Source of the DNA: Antechinus flavipes
Taxonomy: Eukaryota
Length of the DNA: 64,000 nt
Direction of reading: 5' to 3'
Assembly: GCF_016432865.1 (NCBI RefSeq)
Contig: NC_067401.1
Coordinates: 109,864,001-109,928,000 of the forward strand
Shown here: piece by piece, positions 1-10,900 of the stretch
Layout: each line of letters begins with the position of its first letter
Numbering within the stretch: position 1 is the first letter of the stretch
Notes under the pieces: generated by a model
Databases searched by the model: none
What the model saw: the letters and a program-made list of their open reading frames with translations, nothing else
What the model was told of the DNA's origin: nothing
Translations under genes and position numbers: made by a program

Positions 1-782
1 GCACTTCACAGCAGATTAATGTTCTCCTTACTCACCTCTACCTCCTGGCTTCCCAGAAGTTTCACTTTAAATCCAGCCTTCTACAGGATGCCCTTCCCAA
101 TCCCCTTAATTTTAGCACTTTCCCTCTGCATGTCATAATCTTGACAGCAACCATTATCCACTTGATTTTTCTTTTGTGGGTAGTTAAATCAAATTCTTGA
201 GTAATTCTGGACTTCTTTCATGAGACTCTGCAATGTTCTGAGGATTGACACAATCATGCAAGATAAAAGTCAAGATGATTGGTGACTGGCAATGGCCCAG
301 GATGCAGTGGATGGCCTTCGCCCCTCTAAATGCATATATATAGGAGCAGCTCAGTAGTGGAGAGACATGACTTCGTAAAGCTCTGCCATGAACAAGCCAA
401 GACATTGCCCTTGGGATTACATTGGTCTTCTTAGAAAATGAATAAACAGAGGATCTGGAATACTTCATTGAGGTTTGATAGTGAACATAGATTTTTCCAG
501 TGATCCTCTTACTGGAGGGAAAAAAAACTAAGAAAACAGTTGGGGTCATAAAGTCTCAATTTATCTCAGTAGTTGATATACACACTATTATGATGATTAC
601 CATTTTAAGTTATTGGGGTTTTGTTTCTTTTTTGGTAGGGAGGAGACATTAGAGGTAAATGAATTGCCTAGCATCACACAGCTAGTAAATGTCGAAGGCT
701 AAATTTGAACTCAGGTCTTTCTGAGATGAGGGCCAAAGTTCTATTCTCTTTATTATTGTTGACATTTAAAGATGAGTTGATT

Positions 783-954
783 CCAAAGTAATCCCCATAG
801 ACTGTAGACAGAAAATGCCATCTGCATACAGAAAAAGAACAATGGAGATTGAATGCAAATGTTCACTTCTTTTGTTTTTTCCCCCCTCTCCCTTCTGATT
901 TTTCTCTCCTAACATGATTCCTAAAGCAATGTGCATTAAAAATAGAGAAAAAAG
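783..954 (+). mobile_element. 5'-truncated L1 3' end with 15-bp TSD
   Basis: Marsupial-type L1 3'UTR sequence flanked by AAAGATGAG(T/G)TGATT at 768-782 and 955-969. Confidence 0.75.
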
Positions 955-1189
955 AAAGATGAGGTGATTTGAAGAATTCAACTGAAAGTTTCCAGTGACT
1001 CATGGGCTCTGTTTTTGCCTGAAATAATTCTGGTCAATTATATACCACCATCCAAGTTAAATGGACCAAAGCTGAAATCTTCTTTTGACTAGTTAAGGAA
1101 ATTAACTGATCCAATGTAACTTGATCTTAAAAATTGTTCTCTTAAGGAATTCTTCTAAAAACAATTTTCTTCTTCAACCATCTTCCAAT

Positions 1190-2060
1190 ATTCATTCATC
1201 ATTCAACAAATACTTATTGTTTCATAATTAGGATACCACCCTAGGTGCTAGAGAAACAAAGATGAAATCAGACCCTACTTTCAAGGAGTTTATAATTTAG
1301 TAGGAAAGTTGAGACAAAAACTCAAAATAATTTTAATACACAGTAGAGTACTACTGGAAACCTGAGAGGGGGAAAAACACTTCTAGTTGAGCACATTAAG
1401 GAGCTTCATAGAGAAAGCCAGATCCAAGTTGGGCCCTGAAAGGGGAGAAAAGAATTTTACTTGGCAGAGATTTGTGGTGGTGAATAGGATGGAAGAGGAA
1501 GGAGAGAGAGATGCTGCTTCTTTTCAGGCCAGAAAGATGATGTGAATAAAGGCATGACATTGAGAAAGGGCAGGGTTAAAATGAGGGACCATAAGTAAGT
1601 AGTCCAGTTTGGCTCAAATGTAAAGTGTATAAAGTAATGTGAAATGAAAGTGGAAACATATTGAAGTTTAACTGTAGGGGGACTTAAATGACAAGACTAA
1701 GGAGTTTGTACATTTGTACAATGAAGGTTTTTTAAGTAGGCAAGTGACTTTAGGCTAATTAATTACTTGGGCCTCAAGATGAGGGTTGAATAGCATAGAG
1801 AATCTAGAACTATTGAGATCAATTATTACAATAGTTTAAGGAGGTGATGATGATGAGGGCCTGAATTAGAGAAGGAAGGAATTGATATAAAGGAAATTGT
1901 AGCAATAAATAGAATGTAGAAACTGATTAGACGTGAATTAAAAGGAAAAGTGAAAAAAAACTTTAAGCTTTCAAGTTTCAATGACTGGGAGGATGTCACT
2001 ATTACTTACAAAATAAAGATGCTAAAAGTAGGAAATTATTAGGGAAGATTAGCAAATTTG
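1190..2060 (-). mobile_element. L2 LINE fragments
   Basis: Starts with the L2 3'-end reverse complement CATTCATCATTCAACAAATACTTATTG, followed by purine-rich L2 body. Confidence 0.65.
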
Positions 2061-3399
2061 CAGAAAGTTATTTCATGCTAATAACTCTCCTTATTGGAAG
2101 GCCATCAAGAGAATGAAAATTATACCTCCTGAAAAAGGTTTGTTCAGACAAAGTTTCAAAGATCTGGACCTGAGGCTGCCTGCTGCTATAGTCTAAGACA
2201 GAAAGAAATCAGTCACCTACCCTTTCTTCAATTCCAGCAATGATGTAGGAGCCAAGATCAGGTTGAAGACCTGTCAGTTTCTGTACTTGTAAGTACAGGG
2301 ACCTGGGTAGGAGGATTTTGCTGATATGGAACTGCCTGTACTTAAGAGTTGACATCTGAAGCCAGGAGTAGTATATTAAATATTATAGTCATCTCCAAAG
2401 CACATTGTTTAAAGTTTTGACAAGATGGCCAACGTAACATAATTTCATGCTATAACATGCTCCATTAAAAAAAAAAAAAAACAATTGGTGTCTGGAATAT
2501 GTTATTACGAATGTTTTTATGCATTCCTGCATATTAGTCCAAATCCACAAATCCAAGGTCTAAAAGAAACAAAACCACTCCTGGGGGAATCATACTGCAA
2601 ATAAACAAAAAATTAAAATGTACCATATTAGCTCTTTACTTATTTAGGCTACTGATGTCATCACTTGGGAATGACTTGGGAAAACATTTCCCACACTGAG
2701 AATATTTGGAGGTTTATGAAAAACGTTTTTCACATATCTCTGTCTGTCAGACTAATTAAAAGACTTAAGGGTAATAAGTGCTTAAAGAAAATTTAGATGG
2801 TGTGAAATTCAAGGACAATGTGAGTTTAGACCTGAATCTGCAGAACTTAATAAAGCACATATGTGTGTATGTATATGTGAGTATACATATATATGATTTG
2901 AAATCTCAAAATATAAGTGTACCTAGAAATAAAATATTAATGACTTCAATCTCCCAAAGAGAAATCCAAATCCTAGATGATTGTTTAAATTGCACCATCA
3001 TTTAAATTCAACACATCCAGGAAATACATCTTGATCTCGGAAGCAAAAAACAGGATGGAATAGAGTGAGTGTATGGGATGATGCTGTTTCAACATTTCAG
3101 AGGTGACATTTAATTCTTCAGATATGCCAATATCCAAGGTAGCACTGGAAAAAAAAAAAAAGAAACAGGAGAATTAAGGAATCAGTCAGAGGTAACCTGT
3201 TAAAACAGTCAAAACATTTCCTGGTGGCTCTAGAACAGAGAAGGTTGGTTTGGGAGTTATAGTCTACAGATAGGTATCTATGGATGGATGGAAAGGTAGA
3301 GAAGTTGATCTCTCTCTCCAGTGATAAATTGTTGCCCGTACAGACCAGCTTTCAGTTAAGTAAAAGTTTGACGTTTTCAGAAGCGCACCTCTCCAGTAA

Positions 3400-5100
3400 A
3401 TAGACACAAGTAGCGAACTACCTAAGACTGGACCTCCCTATCTCGCCAGGGCTGGAAGCGCAGTCTCAGGCGGCACACAAGCTGTGGCCTGAGCCAGGAC
3501 TCATTGGACCGCCCGGCCTCCCCCTCCCGCTCCCCCCTCCGCCCTGCCCCGGGCGCAGTCATCAAGCTTCAGCCCAGCTGCTGCTCCAACTCCAGCAATC
3601 TACCAGCCTCAATCTCCCAGGAGCGGGGACTGCAAGATTCTAGTCCAAAGGCAAGCAAGAAGCTGGAAGAAGCCTCTTCGGTCATTGCCCTCAAGAAAGG
3701 GGAAGGTTCTGGGGGTACGGGAGTGGGGGAGTAACAATACTGCCGATGACCTGGGGAGTGATGGTCAAATCTTTCTCTCCCAAGGAGACAGCTCTTTAGC
3801 TCCTCGAGAAAAGAGCCAAAGTGGAAACGAAGCAGGCTATGAGCGGAACCCTCATCGCTGTTCTGCTTCTTGGTACCCTATCCCCCCCAAAGCTGCAACC
3901 CTCTTGGAGCAGAGAATAATGGATGCTCTTCCCCACAGGCATAAAAGGAGACTGCGAGAAGTGCTGTTGCCATCGCCGCCAGAGCCACAGACACGCCTAT
4001 ACACTCGGGCCTCGAGCACGCCCTCCATGCCGGCTGGCGGCGCTTCTCCGCACTGAGCGGACCGCAGGTCGCACGTCTTTCTACGTAGTGCTCGGGCAGC
4101 TTACGCCGCCTGGCGGTGGGGCAAGAAACAAAGCGCTCGATGGCCGTTCCTCCTGCACTAAGCTCATTCGCGGCTCCGGGTCCCTTCCTAAGACCGACCG
4201 CTTTCTGCCACCCATGAACCTCCGTGCATTATGGGAGTTGTAGTTTGTAGGCTGGTTCCATTTTCCGCTTTCCTGTCATGGCGGGTTGTCTTGGTGCAGT
4301 CCTGTGATGTCTTTTTGCACCGGGTAATTAGCAGCTTTCTGCGCCCTAGTTACCGGTCACCCTTTCCTCCGCTAAAACCATCTTTAGTCGGCTGGAGGCC
4401 GACTAGGGCGGGAGGACCTGCGGGCCGAGCTACCTCACTTGAAGGCCCACGAGGGAGAACCAGGAACGGGGTCTGACGACGCGAAAGGCCGAATTTAGGC
4501 TCCACGTCCGGGACACTTCCCAACAATTAGCGCAGGCCCGGGACGGTGGGAGGGGCCACCGCGGTGCTGTAGGAGGGAGGGCTGGAGGCGTCCTTCTCCC
4601 CCGTCGCAATCTTCTTGTTAAATTGTTCTAATTGGCCCGGCCTGCGGGGCGCCCCCCGATTCCCACTTCCCAAAGCCTTCATCTAGGCTCCCCAGATCCC
4701 CCAGGTTGGAAAAAATTGCTAAGGGAGGTGGGCTGGAAGCCGGAGATTAGGAGGGGAAGAGGACAGATGAATGGGGCCAGAGCGGGGCCCGCAGGCGGCG
4801 TCGAATTCCAGTTTCTTCGAGCTCCAGAAAGGCCTGCCCTGCCTTGTCCTGTCCCCCTTCCACAGACAGAACGTGGTGAAAACATTACTGTTCGTTGAGC
4901 TCGGGTTTCACTTTTTATTAGGGTTTCAGAGATTCTATATAAAAATAACTTTTCCACCAGTAGCAGAATTGTCCACGATCCTCAACACGTTAAACTGTGA
5001 CCGGAGGTGCCGTCATCCCGGATCTCCCTTCCTTTAGTGCGCATCGCAGCCCGGGCAAGGTTAGTGCCGGGATTCGAGCCTACTTACCCAATGGTTTGAA
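3400..5100. promoter_or_regulatory. Orphan CpG island / promoter cluster with no recognised protein-coding gene
   Basis: High CpG density against a CpG-depleted background. ATTGG at 3503-3507, GC boxes at 3509-3550, ZNF143 motif at 4224-4244, pyrimidine-rich start at ~4260. Confidence 0.75.
4224..4244 (-). promoter_or_regulatory. ZNF143 (Staf)/THAP11 SBS motif
   Basis: Minus strand reads ACTACAACTCCCATAATGCAC, matching the extended ACTACAnnTCCCAnnATGC consensus. Confidence 0.8.
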
Positions 5101-7060
5101 AATGAAGCCATAAGCGGACGGAGAAGTGGGTCTAGAAATTTCTCCAAAGAGCCCCTCAACTGGAATGGGAGGGTGAGCAATTCTTCCCTTTCCTCACCAG
5201 CCATCTTCTAGGGACTGGACTATCATTTTATTCTTTGGCAAACCAGATGCGCAGAGGAACCCCATAGAAGGGAGCCCGATTAGAAAGCAGGAATTTGGAA
5301 TACCATCTTGAGAGTCCCCAGGTGAACAAGATGGTTCAGAAAAACTATCATTCACCTCCTCCCCCCCTCCTTTTTTTAAAATGGAAAACTTAAACCTTGG
5401 AGACATTTTTCTAAATGGTAACCTAAAATATAATTTAAAAAGTGTAGAGGACCAAAATTGAGCATTGGGGGAAGTCCCAAATACTAGTCTACCCCACTCC
5501 TTTCTCTGCCACACCTTGCCACCCCAACTATGAAAGGCAGAACACTTAACCCAGGAAAAATGGGAGGAAAAATGCTTCTCAGAAGCACCTTTTCATGGTT
5601 TTTTGCGGGGTTTTTTGGTCCTTGGTAGAGGGTTGAGATCTGGTTCCAAAAAGAAGGGTCAGATTGGGAACTAGAAAAGAAAGCAAGATGTTTTTTTAAG
5701 ATGTCCTACCAAGGAAGAAGATTATTGGGAAGAGTTAATTTTTTTTTTTTTTAAACTGGTCAGACACAATGTATATAGAGAGTCAGGCATAATATGTAGA
5801 GAGCTGATCTCAAAACCAGAGTTTCAAATCCATCTCTCATATTTACTGGCTGTCATTCTGGACACATCACGGAACCTCTCAAGGCTTCAGACAGTTCTCT
5901 AAGATTGTATTTGCAGAGAAGTTGGCAATCTGCATTGGTAAAAAAAATCCAATCCCTACTTCTAATTGGGGAAAGGAGAGGGAAGGGCAGGTAGGAGAGG
6001 GTGGCTCAGGAAAAAAAAAAATTGAGACAAGGAGGGTAAGAAGGGAATATCTCCTTGTCCATACATCCTATTTCACCTATAATATCAATGTACATGTGTC
6101 CAAAGGACAGCTTAATTTGAAAAAATTTGGGATAATTTTATTATTCTACAGTCAAATATGTTTTCAAAACCCACCAGTATGGCCTGTCCATTGAGGAATA
6201 ATTAATGTTACTATATTTAGAATAATATACATACACATATATAGTGCAATTTAAATCATGAAATTATTAATCTCTTTATCTTAGTATTAAATCTCTTCCT
6301 GATATATATATCAGAAATCTTTTTAAATTATTTTTTGCTCTTTGCTGCTATGGAAGGGGAAATAACTGGCCAAGATAAAAATGGTGACAATGCGAGACTT
6401 TATACCATAATGAAAAGAATTAAAAGGGGCCTATAAAGATCACTTTTTCTTCTACCTCCAAGCCAAATGCTCCTAATCCAATCTTGACAGACAGAAGTCT
6501 CTCTTCAAAGGACTCTACATAGATTTCTCTTCCTTTTCCAAGTGCAATAGCCTAGTATAGAAGTTCTTCCTGACATCTAGCCTCAACTTCTTTCCAGAGG
6601 CACTAACAAAAAGAATTTCTTGCTGTGTCCTTTTAGGAAATAATGGGTCCTTTCTGAATGTCATGTCATACAATCATAGGCTCATATTTATTGAATCATA
6701 AGATATAGGACTGAAGGGACCTCAGAGGCTATCAACTCCAACCCCTCGTTTTACAAATGAGGAAACAAACCCAGAAAGATTGAGTAGTTTGCCTAAAATC
6801 ACCCAGGCATAAGCATCAGAGATAGGACTTGAACATCTCTGACTCCAGGGCTGGTTCTCTATTGTACAGAGCTCAGCAGCTTTTAGACCATGATGATGCT
6901 TCATTTAACCTAATTATCTCAAACTTTCTTTACTTCTATTTTTTATTTTAACTCTTCTTTCCAATTTCTCTGCATGCCTTGAAATATAGAGCCCAGACTG
7001 ACCTTAGGGAAGAGTATCTAACCACCCTTGCAATAAAACCTTAAAAGGAGAATGACTTAA
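4262..7060 (+). ncRNA. Candidate 4-exon spliced lncRNA or short-ORF transcript (predicted from splice signals only)
   Basis: E1 ~4262-4323 (CGG|GTAATT); E2 4866-5059 (pyrimidine tract + CAG; AAG|GTTAGT); E3 5201-5321 (TTCTTCCCTTTCCTCACCAG; CAG|GTGAAC); E4 from 6637 (CACTAAC branch point at 6601, TCCTTTTAG); AATAAA at 7032-7037. No expression evidence available. Confidence 0.4.
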
Positions 7061-7961
7061 TGTGGCTTCGACTGCTGAGTCAGTTTCAATCCTCTTCATA
7101 AATATGGAAAACTGTTGGAACTCAATACTTATTTAAAAGCCAAACATCTCCCAAATTGGGAATTTCCACTGATTATGCACATGGTCTTCAGTGTTTCATG
7201 CCATCTCTGCACAGAGTAGCTGGAATCACCCATTCTTCCTGTCGCCTTATCTGGGCTACAAGTGATTTCACATTGGACTTTTATATGTTAAAGTGTTCCA
7301 ATTTCTAACCTCTCTCCATTCCAAAATATTTTGCTCACTGGCTCAAACTTTCCCTTGATTTTATTACTTACAGAATTTCCTTCTAGATAAAAAATATACA
7401 TATTTCAGACTATACCTGGGTTGGTTGACTACTATCTTCAAAGACTTATACTAGATGACCCGTCCTTCTCATATGAGATGCCCAAACTTATGTACTCTCA
7501 TCTCTTACTATTTCCCAGCTCATTCTTACATTCCCTACAATCCATGTGAACCCAGCCTTTTCATGGCCTCCCACTTATGTCTTTGAGAATATGGACTTGA
7601 ACAGATTCCTGGAACATGCTCAACTCATCTTTTTTTTTAAACATATCCCTATTTGATCACATGAAAAATTCTGTCATCTATCCCCTATTAATAATAAAAT
7701 TAACACTCCTAGTACTTTGTTTACATAGCACTTTACACATACATTACCTCATATCAGGATGGTGAACTCCCATAAAACTGTGTCTGTCCTAAAATATATA
7801 CCCCAAGTGTCTTGTACAGTGCTATATGTAATGTACCCTGTGGGCATTCAAGATATACTCAATCATCACCAAAAACCCTAAACAAGATCTGCAGAGCCTA
7901 CACCATGGGCTTACAGAGGGAGAAGGGGAAAAAAGCATACACAGTGACTAGGTCCCAGAGT

Positions 7962-10900
7962 TCATTTACTGATTTGAGGTTGGCAAGTCAACAGCAAATT
8001 TGGACGTATGGCTGGCAGCATAGAGTCCTTACCCTCCCCCCCAGGAATCAGCAGAGTCATGGAGGACTGTAGATCTTCTAGGATGGCCATCTGTTGTTGG
8101 GCAAGTTTGGTTTGAAGTTGGAGATTGGCGTGCATGCACTCAAGCAGACCTAAGCAATCCTGGGGCTTTTTAATGTCGACTCCTGAAGGAAGAGTGGGAT
8201 GGGGAAAAGGGGAGAGACACAAATTTTTGGCTGTCCCATAAATGATCTTCCTGTGATTACTCAGGCTCTGAGAAGATCAGCACTTTAGACTTCCCCACAC
8301 TTACCCTGTCTCAGACAGATTAGGGTGAAAAGGTGGGACTTCTTGTATGCTTCAAGAACTCTAATGGAGGGACACCTCACCTGCTCCAGTGCCCTGATAA
8401 TTAGCACTAACAATTTTCCTGTCATCTAACTTTGCTCTAATGTTTCCAACTACCTCATGTATGGTCCGTCCATCCTTAGTTAGCTGTGGTAACTGTATCT
8501 ATTTTTATTAAATTTAGATGTCTCTTGAGTTCCTCAAGAGCAGGGATCAGATATCTGCTGTGATCTGATTCTGATTTCTAACCCAGAAAATACTTTGTAA
8601 CCAGATTAGGAGAATGTTTACTCTAAACCCAAAACCTAAATTTAATTAGTAGTCTCAAACTCCTCTGTTGATAAGAAGTATTGTGAATTCCTAGGTATTC
8701 TGACTTACTGGTATTCTTGTGTACTGGAAAAAACAATGGACTTGGAGTCAAGAAATATGGTTTTGAACCCCAGTTCTATCGCTTATTAGCTCTATAACTT
8801 CAGACAAATCACTTCACATCTCAGAGCCTCAGTTCCTCACCCTATAAAATGGGGATAACACCTGCATTATCTATCTGACAGTTATTGAGAGGAAATTACT
8901 TTAAAGATTGTAAAGTGCTCTAGAAATGTAAATTGTTATCTTTTAAAAAATTAATTCAGCATGTAACTGGCAAGATTTCTACCCTTAGGGAGGTCTTAAC
9001 AATTAGGGAAATTACTCAACCTGGGGAAGTGGTGGAAAAGGAGAGGGAGGGAAAGAAGAGTAAAGACAAGAAGAAGCAATAGCACTGAATAAGCCACAAA
9101 CTATCCATTAAAAATTGAGAATTGACTAGACATAGGCTTGGCAGTCAAGTCAACAGGAGGAGGACTCATGGTGAAAATTGCTATCCATCTCCAGAGAGAG
9201 AACTGATGGACTAAGAGTACAGATTGAAGCTTAATTTTTTTCCCTTTTTATCTTTTGGAACATGGCATGATTTCAAATGTGTAAGTTATTCTATTTCTTG
9301 TCTTCTCAATGGTGAGAGAGGGTACACAGAGGGAGGGAAAGAATAGGGAACTGTATTTTTTTAATAATTTTTTTTAATGTCAACAGGATGCTTTGATCCC
9401 CAAGTCTATTCTATTTGGGAAATTCTCTTTTTAGGTTACCTGTTTGTAGCTTTGCTGACTGATTGTTTTGACAAGTGGCTGGGTTGGTTGCTGGAAGATG
9501 AATGAAACTTGGGGAGGGCTTAGCACGACAAAGAGGCAAAAGTTTGCATTCCTCTTCAACTGGAATAAAATTAGAGACAACTAAATCAGTGTCTTCCAAT
9601 AAAAATAGAGCATTATAATTAAGACTGTGTGACAGATTGCTCCAAATCACTAAAAATAAGAGAAATAAACAACCCTGAGGTTCCACCTCATGCACACAGC
9701 AATTTGGCAAAGATGGCAAAATCGTCAGTCAACAAACATTTATTAAGCGCCTAACTATGTGCCATCCTCTGTACTAAGCACTGGAGATACAAAAAAAATG
9801 CAAAAGACAGTCCTTGTACTCAGAGAGATCTAATGGACAAGATGCTGAAAGAAAAAGAGATTGAATAGAGAAGGGAGAAAGCAACCCGAATGGGCAAACA
9901 AATAAGTCCAAAAGAGTGCAGCTGAGTGGGCAAAGAAGAGAGAGCTGCCCTGGGCATCCTCCTTAGATGGAATATCTAGGAGGAAAATCCCATTCTCTCA
10001 TCCTCTTCTAACCAGAGGAAGGGAGGGATCCCAGGGGCACAGAATATTGAGGAAGTAGGAGTTCCAGGGTAGATGTAATCCTGCAGGATGAGGAGGTTCC
10101 TCAGAACAAGATGGTATGAATGGTCAATATTAGAGTTCACCAAAAAAGAGCCCACTGGTTCATTGAGTAGTAGAGCTATGAAGTGATACAAGTATGCTGG
10201 ACAATAATAAGGAATTATAAGAAAGTTAATAACTTTTAACTCAGAGATCCTACTTCTAAGTACATTTTACAAAAAGCTGATAGAAAGTTGCCATACATAC
10301 TAAAATATTTATGGTAACACTTTTTATAAAAGTAAAAAATTGGAGATAAATTAGATATCCATTCAACTGGGTACATACTTGTAATAGAATATTATCACAC
10401 CATAAAAAATGATGAATATGAATAATAGCAAAAACCATGTAAAGATTTATATGAACTAATGCAAAATGAAATAAGCAGAACCAGAAAGACAATCTACACA
10501 GTGACTTTAACAACATAAATGGAATGAACAGAAAAACAAAACAATCCTATATAATTGGAATTACTAATTTAGATTTACTAGTTTACTAATTAGAATTACT
10601 GAAACAGAAGAAATGAGAAAAAATGTACTTTTCTCCCTTCTCTGCAAAGGTAGGGAACAAGGAGGAGAACATTGCAAATACCATCAGATTAAAATGATAT
10701 ATTGGTTTTAGTTTTACTTAAATGTCTTCCTTCCCACCCATTCTTTGGTAAAAAAGAATGCCTCTCAATGACAGGAAAGAATAATGATAGATATTGGAGG
10801 GGATGTGGGAAAACTGGGACACTAATGCATTGTTGGTGGAGTTGTGAAATGATCCAAACCTTCTGGAGAACAAAATGGAACTATGCCCAAAGGGCTATAG

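Noticed and set aside
30-38. Strong minus-strand donor GAG|GTGAGT
   Set aside because: It lies in an L2-like purine-rich motif (GAAGCCAGGAGGTAGAGGTGAG), so it is likely repeat-derived.
3400-4200. RHBG exon 1, expected next on the minus strand by human synteny
   Set aside because: No reading frame resembling the RHBG N-terminus (DNEFYFRYPS) was found; RHBG is not in this window.
4278-4323. Selenocysteine read-through of TGA 4305
   Set aside because: After splicing that frame hits another TGA within a few codons of exon 2; no selenoprotein motif or SECIS was seen.
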